Part shown: piece after piece, positions 53,690-61,917 of the stretch
Layout of the letters: the number at the start of each line of letters is the position of its first letter
How positions within the stretch are numbered: position 1 is the stretch's first letter
Origin: Candidatus Scatosoma sp.
Lineage (GTDB): Bacteria > Bacillota > Clostridia > Christensenellales > Borkfalkiaceae
Assembly: GCA_045650185.1 (NCBI GenBank)
Contig: JAZRQY010000012.1
Location: forward strand, 1,026 to 65,025
Reading direction: 5' to 3'
Length of the DNA: 64,000 nucleotides
Position numbers and translations under genes: made by a program
Notes under the pieces: model-generated
Told to the model about the DNA's origin: nothing
Databases searched by the model: none
The model's input: only the letters and a program-made list of their open reading frames with translations

Positions 53690-56227
53690 CTAAAATAGCT
53701 CCAATAGCATCGCCACCCACTTCGACAAGAACAGCCGTATCGGGAATAAGAAAAACAACACGACTACGCCGCCTGCAAGTCCTATCCCAAAAATGCTGAT
53801 CACCTTGGACGTTTTCCTAAAAAGCACCGTCTTCTTTTCTAAAACCCACACCAAAATCAGCGCCATTAGCCCCGTCGCAAACCCAATCAGCATATATTCG
53901 TCGTACGGGCTCTCGTATACGAATTCTACCGCATTTTCGCCCTCTTGCAACGCCACGCAAAGGAAGCTTAAATCGTTGTCGCAAAGCTCCGTTTCTTGGC
54001 CGTTGACAAAGACACGGTATCCCTCTATTGCCGCAAACGGCACCATTAGATACTGCCCTGCTTTGGCGGTAACGGTGGCGGAAACCTTCCCTGCAGAAAC
54101 CTCTACTTCACTGCCGCTTTTCCACAGCTTTTGCGAGAGCAGACGGACGTGACCGCCCGTAAGGTACTCTACTTCCTTGTCCCCTCCTAAAAACCTATAC
54201 AGTTCCATTTGATTGGCAACTCGATTCGGGTAGGTTTCGTTATCTGCAACAAAGCGGTACTCTCCGTTGTCTATAACCATCGCCGTAGGGAACACGTGCA
54301 GGTTTTCGTATACGTACATCCCTCCGGCAGAAAGTTGCTGACTTTCCCCGTCCTTTTCTACCATCACCGGTTTGTACCAGCTTCGCTTGTCAGCCTCTTC
54401 CTTCGACTCACTCGGAACGATGACGTATTTGTAGCCAAAGAGGCTCTCCCCAAAGATATTACCGCCGTTGCCTCGCGAAATATTTTTGCCGTTCGTGGAA
54501 TACCCGAACATCACCGCCACAGGGAAGTTATTCTTGTCCAGCATCGAAGAAAACGCCGTATGCGCGTACGTATCCCCTTCAAAACCGATGTTCGCCGAGA
54601 AGTAGTTGCCGTAATCGCGTATCCGATAAAAACCGTCGTCTTGCTCTTCCAGCGTGCGCGCAAAGTCAGTATAATGCTGCGTGCGGATATTGTGCGACGA
54701 ATAATTTCCGTCCACCAACTGCTGATTGAAGAAGACTCCGTGGAAGATGACGAGCGCGGCGGTAAAAATCCCCACCAAGCGAATCGGGAGTTTCTTCCTC
54801 GATACCAAAACAGCGCCTACCCCTAAAATGAGAAGAACACACCCAAGGTAAATCGTCACGGCGAAAATTCCGCCGATGGAATGCGCAAATCTGCCTGCAA
54901 AATTACGAATGGCATCCGCAGCATTTCCCTCGAACAGATCTGCCGCTTTTATATGATATCCACCGCCGAAAAATACGGTCATCCCCAGCAGTAACACACC
55001 GCAAACAACCCCGTACACAATGGGAAGAATTTTCTTTCGCTCGATACATGGTCCACGGTTTTTCTCTGTTTTAAAGACCGTCAACCCCTGCAAGCCCATG
55101 CACGCACCTGCGTAAAAATACAGCGAATTCAAGAATCCAAATCGCAGGGCGTACGACATATAACTGCCCATATTCAGTAGCAGCATACTCTCGTCCACAA
55201 TCACGGGGATGAGGGTAAATATCCCTGCAATAAGCATAAACTTCGACAGCCTCGTTTTCAGCCTTGAACGGAAGAAGTATACGCAGGTCAAAACGAGTAA
55301 AATCCCGTCCGTAAAGATATAGGAAAGCTTCGCTTCCAAAGCCGCCACCGTTTTCCCTAAATACCCTTCCGTCAAGAATCCGTTCTTCTCGAATCCGTAC
55401 AACGCATCCTCAAAAAACGATCCGCCGCGCCCCGCGCGCAGGTAGGCGATGAGCGACGGCACCAGCACGGGCAACGCCATCAAGATTGCGCAGACGAACG
55501 CCAAGGAAAGGCGAGTGATATATTCCGCTCGCTCCTCCTTTTTTACACTGATGAAAGCGTACGCCACCAAGACAGGATAGACGGTGAACATCGAAAAACA
55601 AGCGATGGAAAAGCTGGTGTACACGCAGGCCGCAATGAATGCGGAAAACAGCCAAAAGTTCCCCGTTTTTAACATCTTCTTAAACGCCCAGACCGCAAAC
55701 GACGTATACATAAGAAGGTCCATCCAGTTGATATAGGTATTGGAAACGAAGGTATAGCCGCAGTAGGCGTACAGTACGCCAAGACAAGCGCTTACAAGCG
55801 GAGAAAGCCCAAACTGCGTACGGGCAAACCATACGCCGATTGCCGCCAAAGTCAACAGCTTACAGCCGATGACCACGCCGGCGGCCTCCGCCACCATTCC
55901 CTCACCAAAGATGAGAAACAGCGGACTGAACGGACTGAAAATAAAGTACGCAAGCGACCCGAACATATCCGCCCCACCACCGATGGCGTAGGAAAATAAG
56001 GGGGTGCTTCTGCCCTTCCATACGTCGAAAATATGCTCGATAAACGGACAAATTTGCGCGGAAAGATCGTACGATGCCACCGTGTACGGGCCGAAGGGGT
56101 ACACTTTGCGCAAAATCAACATAAATAGATATACCCCTAAAACTAGGCCACAGGCAAGGAAATAGGGGAGGCCGCTTTTTAAAAAGCGTTTCGTTTTATA
56201 GAATTTTGCATTCATCGTATTTTCCAT
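53690..56227 (-). CDS. YfhO-family membrane glycosyltransferase-like protein
   Basis: ~845-aa polytopic protein. N-terminal region (YPFGPYTVASYDLSAQICPFIEHIFDVWKG...) is typical of YfhO. Start taken at MENTMNAKF. Confidence 0.7.
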   Translation of the reverse strand: MENTMNAKFYKTKRFLKSGLPYFLACGLVLGVYLFMLILRKVYPFGPYTVASYDLSAQICPFIEHIFDVWKGRSTPLFSYAIGGGADMFGSLAYFIFSPFSPLFLIFGEGMVAEAAGVVIGCKLLTLAAIGVWFARTQFGLSPLVSACLGVLYAYCGYTFVSNTYINWMDLLMYTSFAVWAFKKMLKTGNFWLFSAFIAACVYTSFSIACFSMFTVYPVLVAYAFISVKKEERAEYITRLSLAFVCAILMALPVLVPSLIAYLRAGRGGSFFEDALYGFEKNGFLTEGYLGKTVAALEAKLSYIFTDGILLVLTCVYFFRSRLKTRLSKFMLIAGIFTLIPVIVDESMLLLNMGSYMSYALRFGFLNSLYFYAGACMGLQGLTVFKTEKNRGPCIERKKILPIVYGVVCGVLLLGMTVFFGGGYHIKAADLFEGNAADAIRNFAGRFAHSIGGIFAVTIYLGCVLLILGVGAVLVSRKKLPIRLVGIFTAALVIFHGVFFNQQLVDGNYSSHNIRTQHYTDFARTLEEQDDGFYRIRDYGNYFSANIGFEGDTYAHTAFSSMLDKNNFPVAVMFGYSTNGKNISRGNGGNIFGESLFGYKYVIVPSESKEEADKRSWYKPVMVEKDGESQQLSAGGMYVYENLHVFPTAMVIDNGEYRFVADNETYPNRVANQMELYRFLGGDKEVEYLTGGHVRLLSQKLWKSGSEVEVSAGKVSATVTAKAGQYLMVPFAAIEGYRVFVNGQETELCDNDLSFLCVALQEGENAVEFVYESPYDEYMLIGFATGLMALILVWVLEKKTVLFRKTSKVISIFGIGLAGGVVVLFFLFPIRLFLSKWVAMLLELF

Positions 56228-56233
56228 ACCTCG

Positions 56234-56262
56234 ATTATACCCCTTTTCGCCCCCATTGTCAA
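56234..56262 (-). promoter_or_regulatory. consensus promoter abutting the YfhO start codon (probable leaderless mRNA)
   Basis: Minus strand reads TTGACA, 17 nt, TATAAT, cgaggt, ATG. The A of the ATG is the 7th nt after the -10. Confidence 0.55.
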
Positions 56263-56499
56263 GCGCAATAAGCATAGCTTAGCGTGTTATCCTTTTCGGA
56301 AAACACGCATCGAGATAAATCCCTTGCGGGATTTTCGATATATTGCCGTCGCAATTCGATATGCGCTGACGCGCTCGATATACTTTTGCATGGGCAAAAG
56401 TAAGAGGGATTTATCTCATATCGAATGGGAGCATAGCGACCATATATCGAGCTTGAGCAAAAGCGAAAGCATATCGAGTCAACATTGTTGACATATCGA
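56262..56499. repeat. hairpin-array repeat (TCGATAT / ATATCGA), inverted homolog of 35558-35787
   Basis: TCGAGAT at 56310; TCGATAT at 56335, 56356 and 56375. ATATCGA at 56418, 56444, 56471 and 56493. The reverse complement aligns along its whole length with 35558-35787. Confidence 0.8.
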
Positions 56500-56612
56500 C
56501 AAAATAAAAAATGAGAGCAAGAATAGAAGGATTTTTCCTTTCACTCTTGCTCTACGTGTTTACTATAAAGATTTGGGCTTAGCCTGTAATTCAATACTCG
56601 AAGCCTTCACCC

Positions 56613-58034
56613 TTACTTGCTTTTAATATATTCGTCAATGGCTTTTGCCGCAACCTTACCTGCGCCCATCGCCTTGATAACGGTTGCCGCGCCCGTTGCC
56701 GCGTCGCCGCCGCAATACACGCCCTCGATAGAAGTCTTACCCACTTTGTCCACCGCAATTTCGCCACGACGCAAGGTCTGCAAACCGGGGGTCGTTGCTT
56801 TCAGCAAGGGGTTGGGGGAAGTACCAAGCGACATAATCACGCAATCGACGGGAATGACGAACTCGCTACCAGCCACAGCCTTGGGGGAGCGTCTGCCGCT
56901 TTCGTCCGGTTCGCCAAGCTCCATACGGATACATTCGATACCGTCTACCCAACCGTAGTGAGGGCTTCTGGGATCCGTTTCCGCCGTCGGCAGAATTTTC
57001 GTGGGGTTGGTGAGCAGATCGAAGATGATACCCTCTTCCTTTGCGTGCTCGATTTCTTCCTTTCTTGCAGGCAGTTCTTCCTCGCCACGACGATAGATGA
57101 TATGTACCTCTGCGCCCAAGCGTTTTGCCGTACGCGCCGCGTCCATTGCTACGTTGCCGCCGCCGACTACCGCCACGCATTTACCACGCTGAATAGGGGT
57201 ATGACTGCCTACCATGTACGCCTTCATGAGGTTGGAACGGGTCAAGAACTCGTTTGCAGAGTACACACCCTTCAAGCTTTCGCCGGGGATACCCATGAAC
57301 TTCGGCAAGCCTGCGCCCGAGCCGATGAACACCGCCTCAAAGCCGTATTCCGTCTTCAATTCCTCGATCGTGATGACACGACCGATGACCATATTCGTTT
57401 CAATCTTTACGCCCAGCGCCTTGAGGTTATCCACCTCTTTTTGCACGATTGCCTTAGGCAGACGGAATTCGGGAATCCCGTATACGAGTACGCCGCCTGC
57501 AACGTGCAACGCCTCGAATACCGTCACTTCGTAGCCCATTCTTGCAAGGTCGCCTGCGCAGGTCAAGCCTGCAGGACCGGAGCCTACCACCGCTACCTTA
57601 TGTCCGTTAGGGGTTGCAGGAACGGGTTTTTCCGTTGCGTGCTCGTTGTGCCAGTCGGCAACAAATCTTTCTAAGCGTCCAATAGAAACGGACTGACAAC
57701 CAGCCTTGATACCACGGGTACATTTGCCTTCGCATTGCGTTTCCTGAGGGCATACTCTGCCGCAAACCGCAGGCAAAGCGGAATCCTTTGCGATAATCTG
57801 GTACGCTTCTTCAAATTCCCCTTCCGCTACCTTTGCGATAAATTCGGGAATGTCGATATTGACAGGGCAAGCCGCTACGCAGGGACGGTTTTTACAGCCG
57901 ATACAACGCTTTGCCTCGTCTATCGCCATTTCGGGCGTGTAGCCGAGCGCGACCTCGTTAAAGTTTCCGTTTCTAACCTGAGGGTCTTGGGTGGGCATGG
58001 GGTTCGTCAAAGGGTTCATATTAAACTTAGCCAT
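56613..58034 (-). CDS. nfnB: NADPH-dependent glutamate-synthase-small-subunit-like oxidoreductase (NfnB/SudA type)
   Basis: 473 aa with N-terminal 2x[4Fe-4S] Cys motifs plus two Rossmann GxGxxG loops (VVGSGPAG, VVGGGNVA). Paired with an NfnA-like gene. Confidence 0.75.
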   Translation of the reverse strand: MAKFNMNPLTNPMPTQDPQVRNGNFNEVALGYTPEMAIDEAKRCIGCKNRPCVAACPVNIDIPEFIAKVAEGEFEEAYQIIAKDSALPAVCGRVCPQETQCEGKCTRGIKAGCQSVSIGRLERFVADWHNEHATEKPVPATPNGHKVAVVGSGPAGLTCAGDLARMGYEVTVFEALHVAGGVLVYGIPEFRLPKAIVQKEVDNLKALGVKIETNMVIGRVITIEELKTEYGFEAVFIGSGAGLPKFMGIPGESLKGVYSANEFLTRSNLMKAYMVGSHTPIQRGKCVAVVGGGNVAMDAARTAKRLGAEVHIIYRRGEEELPARKEEIEHAKEEGIIFDLLTNPTKILPTAETDPRSPHYGWVDGIECIRMELGEPDESGRRSPKAVAGSEFVIPVDCVIMSLGTSPNPLLKATTPGLQTLRRGEIAVDKVGKTSIEGVYCGGDAATGAATVIKAMGAGKVAAKAIDEYIKSK

Positions 58035-58035
58035 T

Positions 58036-58878
58036 TTATTCCACCACCTTTTTCAATAAATTACAAGCATCTTCCTTTTCACGGCATTCAAAGTCTGCAT
58101 ACGTTCTCGAACGGCTCATCGCCTCGTCAAAGTCAATCAAGTGGCCGTCAAATTCGGGGCCGTCTACGCAGGCAAATTTCATCTCGCCTCCGACCGTCAA
58201 ACGACAACCGCCGCACATCCCCGTACCGTCAATCATAATCGGGTTCATACTTGCAATCGTCTTCACGCCGTAGGGCTTGGTCGCCGCGCAGACGAACTTC
58301 ATCATTACGAGCGGCCCGATCGTGATGACTTCGTCAAACTGTTCGCCAGCGGAGAGCATCTCATTCAAGGGCACGCACACGTTGCCCTGTCTTCCGTAAG
58401 AGCCGTCGTCCGTCATCATATGGAAGGTGGAAGAACAAGCCTTGAACTCCTCCTCCAAAATCACGAGGTCTTTGCTTCTAAAGCCGATGATCGAGCATAC
58501 CTCACAGCCTGCCTCGTGCAACGCTTTTGCCACAGGCAACGCAATCGCGCAGCCTACGCCGCCGCCTACCACGCAAACCTTCTTCAAGCCCTCGATGTGG
58601 GTGGGTCTGCCAAGAGGCCCTACGAAGTCGGGGATATAGTCACCTTCCTCTTTCGCATTCAAACGCTGTGTGCCGCCGCCCACGATCTGGAAGATGATGG
58701 ACACGGTGCCCGCCTCTCTATCGTAATCCGCTACCGTCAGGGGAATACGCTCGCCATCCTCGTCCACACGAAGAATGATGAACTGTCCGGGCTTTGCCTT
58801 TTTCGCCACGAACGGAGCGTAAATATCCATCTTCGTTACAGTAGGATTTAAGCTGACTTTTCGTACGATTTGATACAT
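58036..58878 (-). CDS. nfnA: ferredoxin-NADP+ reductase-like FAD/[2Fe-2S] subunit (NfnA/SudB type)
   Basis: Start at MYQIVRKV. PGQFIILRV FAD-binding beta-barrel motif and a C-terminal CGGCRL Cys cluster. Confidence 0.72.
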   Translation of the reverse strand: MYQIVRKVSLNPTVTKMDIYAPFVAKKAKPGQFIILRVDEDGERIPLTVADYDREAGTVSIIFQIVGGGTQRLNAKEEGDYIPDFVGPLGRPTHIEGLKKVCVVGGGVGCAIALPVAKALHEAGCEVCSIIGFRSKDLVILEEEFKACSSTFHMMTDDGSYGRQGNVCVPLNEMLSAGEQFDEVITIGPLVMMKFVCAATKPYGVKTIASMNPIMIDGTGMCGGCRLTVGGEMKFACVDGPEFDGHLIDFDEAMSRSRTYADFECREKEDACNLLKKVVE

Positions 58879-59014
58879 ATACCATATACTCCTTGCCATT
58901 GATTTCGCCTTGTATTATACCCTTTTTTAGAGAGATTGTCAAGGGCGGATAGAGTGACTTTTGTGCAAAAGACGACAAAATTTTTTATTTTTATAAAAAA
59001 GCCCCTCTTTTCAC

Positions 59015-59043
59015 TTGATTTTCACAAAATCAAAGAGTATAAT
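59015..59043 (+). promoter_or_regulatory. sigma-70-type promoter of the antiporter gene, overlapping a palindrome
   Basis: TTGATT, 17 nt, TATAAT. The -35/spacer region forms TTGATTTT-CAC-AAAATCAA. Confidence 0.55.
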
Positions 59044-59112
59044 AATGCACGAATTAGAGATTTTCTGACCCGCCGAGGCTTCCCCCGACGAGTTTTAAAC
59101 GGAGGCTTTATC

Positions 59113-60453
59113 ATGGAAATTTTATTACCTTTAGCGATTGCGCTACTCGGCGGCTTGCTGTTGTCCCGCTTGGCAAAGCTGTTTCAATTGCCTGCAGTAA
59201 CGGCGTACCTGATAACGGGTATCTTAATCGGTCCTTTTGTTTTAGGTAGGCTGGGCGCGGCGTGGAATATTCCCCTCGGCTTTATATCGGAGGACCACGT
59301 AGAGCTTTTCGACCTGTTCGGTAAGGTCGCCTTGGGCTTTATCGCCTTTTCTATCGGCAACGAATTCCGTCTTACCCAACTGAAAAAAATTGGTAAGCAG
59401 GCAACCATTGTCGGGATTCTGCAAGCGGTGGTTACCACCCTGCTGGTGGATGCAGCCCTGATCGGTTTACACTTTATCATCCCTCAGCAGTTCCCCATTG
59501 AGGCGGCTATCATTTTGGGCGCTATCGCCTCGGCTACCGCACCTGCGGCAACCTTGATGGTAGTAAAGCAATACAAGGCAAAGGGTCCTGTTACCGATAT
59601 GCTGTTGCCTGTCGTTGCATTGGACGACGCCGTCGGTTTGATTTTGTTCGCCGTTTCGTTCGGCGTTGCGAAGGCGTTGGGCTCTCCCAACCCCGACCTC
59701 GTTTCCATCCTCGTCGATCCGTTGGTGGAGATCGTTGCTTCCGTTGGTTTGGGCGCAGGCTTAGGTTTCCTTTTCAGCTTTGTTGAACGGTTCTTCCACT
59801 CCCGTTCTAAGCGTTTGGCGGTGTCCGTTGCATTCGTGTTGTTTGCTATCGCGCTGTCGACCTTGGAATTCAAGATTGGCCCCGTGCACCTGCACTTCTC
59901 TTCGTTGCTCGTATGTATGATGCTGGGTACGGTTTTCTGCAATATATGCGATTTCTCCGAGGAGCTGATGGACCGTCTGGACAGATGGACCGCACCCTTG
60001 TTTATCATCTTCTTCGTGTTGAGTGGCGCTGAACTGCAACTCGACAAGCTGTTGGATTTAACGATTATCTTGATTGGTGTCGTATACCTTATCTTCCGTT
60101 CGGCGGGTAAGTGCTCGGGCGCGTTGCTCTCCTCCAAGATGGCAAAGTGCGACGACAACATCGTCAAATACCTTGGTATCACGCTGTTGCCCCAAGCAGG
60201 CGTTGCGCTCGGCATGGCGGATATGGTAAAGGACTACGCCGGTTTCGACGGCACCAACATCGCCACCATCGTTATGAGCATTACGCTGTTTGCCGTATTG
60301 ATTTACGAGTTGGTAGGCCCTACCCTCACCAAGATTGCGCTCACCAAAGCAGGGGACATCAACCCCGAAGGGAAAACCAGCGCTCGGCACGAGCACGCCC
60401 AGAAAATGGCGGCGCAAAAGCAGGAAGCAGCGGCGCAACCCCAAGAAAATTAA
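59113..60453 (+). CDS. cation:proton antiporter (Na+/H+ exchanger family)
   Basis: Start at MEILLPLAIALLGG after GGAGG. ~12 TM segments and a hydrophilic C-terminal tail. Confidence 0.8.
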   Translation: MEILLPLAIALLGGLLLSRLAKLFQLPAVTAYLITGILIGPFVLGRLGAAWNIPLGFISEDHVELFDLFGKVALGFIAFSIGNEFRLTQLKKIGKQATIVGILQAVVTTLLVDAALIGLHFIIPQQFPIEAAIILGAIASATAPAATLMVVKQYKAKGPVTDMLLPVVALDDAVGLILFAVSFGVAKALGSPNPDLVSILVDPLVEIVASVGLGAGLGFLFSFVERFFHSRSKRLAVSVAFVLFAIALSTLEFKIGPVHLHFSSLLVCMMLGTVFCNICDFSEELMDRLDRWTAPLFIIFFVLSGAELQLDKLLDLTIILIGVVYLIFRSAGKCSGALLSSKMAKCDDNIVKYLGITLLPQAGVALGMADMVKDYAGFDGTNIATIVMSITLFAVLIYELVGPTLTKIALTKAGDINPEGKTSARHEHAQKMAAQKQEAAAQPQEN

Positions 60454-60513
60454 GCCATTTATCAGGGGCAGGTACGTCATCACGCGCCTGCCCTATTCTT
60501 TTAGCGAGGAATT

Positions 60514-61191
60514 ATGCAAGTATTAGAAACCCAAAAATTCATCGAGGAATTTGCCCTTAGTGAGGGCGCGTGCCTCTGCGGAGAGTGTGATTTGGGCTAT
60601 GCCCCTATCCCTGAACTTCCCGACCTGCATTACGCCTTTTCGATTGCCGTAAAGTTGTCGGATGCGGTGCTTTCCACCATTGATAACGCCCCTTCTTTTG
60701 CCTATTTTCAGCATTATCGGACGGCGAATGCACTCCTTGACCAAATCGCCTTTCGTATGGCGAATGAGCTCGAAAAACGAGGGTATAACGCCCTGACTGT
60801 TGCCGCCAGCCAAAGCCTTGGAAAACACAATCCCTATTGCGGTATTCTGCCCCATAAGACGGCGGCGGTGCTGTCGGGACTTGGGTTTGTCGGCAAGAGC
60901 GGATTGTTCTTGACCGAACGATACGGCAGTAAGGTGCGCCTTGCCACCGTGCTCACGGATATGCCCGTGCAAGCCACGCGTACGCGTATAGAAAACGGTT
61001 GTGGCGCGTGCACCGCGTGTATGCGCGCCTGCCCCGCCGGCGCCATCTTCGGCGAGATTTCCAAAACCAACGGGGAAAGAAATTACGACCCCGAAAAATG
61101 TTCACGGTATATGAAGGAGCATTTCCAAGATATCGGCAGAGGTAGTGTTTGCGGTATTTGCATCAAGGTCTGCCCCAAGAATAGGCTGTAA
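60514..61191 (+). CDS. QueG-like 4Fe-4S protein (epoxyqueuosine-reductase-related, short form)
   Basis: CGACTACMRACP ferredoxin-type motif plus a second Cys cluster (CGICIKVCP). Region HKTAAVLSGLGFVGKSGLFLT is QueG-like. Confidence 0.55.
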   Translation: MQVLETQKFIEEFALSEGACLCGECDLGYAPIPELPDLHYAFSIAVKLSDAVLSTIDNAPSFAYFQHYRTANALLDQIAFRMANELEKRGYNALTVAASQSLGKHNPYCGILPHKTAAVLSGLGFVGKSGLFLTERYGSKVRLATVLTDMPVQATRTRIENGCGACTACMRACPAGAIFGEISKTNGERNYDPEKCSRYMKEHFQDIGRGSVCGICIKVCPKNRL

Positions 61192-61216
61192 GCCGTGTAG
61201 CCCCCTTTTCAGGGAA

Positions 61217-61320
61217 GTGAAATGATTTACCGTGCAAATCGTGAAATATCTGCGATATGAAATGATTGCCTGCGGTAATCGTTGTGGAAAGATTTAAATT
61301 CTTCCACACTTATTCACTAT
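61217..61320. repeat. degenerate half hairpin-array (GTGAAAT-type)
   Basis: GTGAAAT at 61217 and 61241, and ATGAAAT at 61257, each followed by a small hairpin. A fourth, larger hairpin is gtggaa...ttccac. Confidence 0.45.
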
Positions 61321-61373
61321 TCGCTTTTTATAAAAAACAATCGCCCACGAGGGTCAACTCGTGAGCGGTTTTT

Positions 61374-61907
61374 TTATTCTTCTATCGTTTTTACCAAATG
61401 ATCTATCGGCTTGCGTTTTTTAGGACGGAGCTTTTCTCCTTCCTTGGCATAGCCTACGGTTATCACCAACCGCACGGCGCCGTCAACGCCGCAAATCGCC
61501 CGTATTTCTTCGTCGTTGAGCCAACCAAGGATACAAGTGCCCAACCCTTGCGCCGTCGCTTCTGCCGTGATATACGCCGCCACGATGCCGATGTCGATAG
61601 AACGATAATCGTTCTTCTTAATCTTCGCACCCATAGCCGCCGAGGCTACGTACGGCATTTCGGAAAGGACAAGCATTACGGGGGCTGCCGTGGAAAACTT
61701 ATTCATTCCCAGCCCCTGCGTAGCCTTTGCCACGCGCTTTGCCGTTTCCCCTTGGCAGACGGTGATAAAGTACGGTTGACCGTTGCAAGCCGAAGGCGAC
61801 AGCCGAGCCGCCTCTAAAATGGCGTTCAGCTTTTCCTGCTCTACCTCTTTCCCTGCCTCATAGTTGCGGCAGGATTGCCGATTTTTTGCAATTTCTAAAA
61901 AGTCCAC
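61374..61907 (-). CDS. nitroreductase-family protein
   Basis: Start moved to a GTG (VDFLEIAKNRQSCRNY) after an AAGAGG RBS. The track Met would overlap ileS. LGTCILGW motif. Confidence 0.75.
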   Translation of the reverse strand: MDFLEIAKNRQSCRNYEAGKEVEQEKLNAILEAARLSPSACNGQPYFITVCQGETAKRVAKATQGLGMNKFSTAAPVMLVLSEMPYVASAAMGAKIKKNDYRSIDIGIVAAYITAEATAQGLGTCILGWLNDEEIRAICGVDGAVRLVITVGYAKEGEKLRPKKRKPIDHLVKTIEE

Positions 61908-61917
61908 GGTTTGCCTC

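Noticed and set aside
58950-59035. Rex-type redox operator at the nfnAB/antiporter divergent region (palindromes CTTTTGTGCAAAAG and TTGATTTTCACAAAATCAA).
   Set aside because: The palindromes are real, but they match the Rex consensus (TTGTGAA-N4-TTCACAA) only partially. I cannot support a specific regulator assignment from sequence alone.
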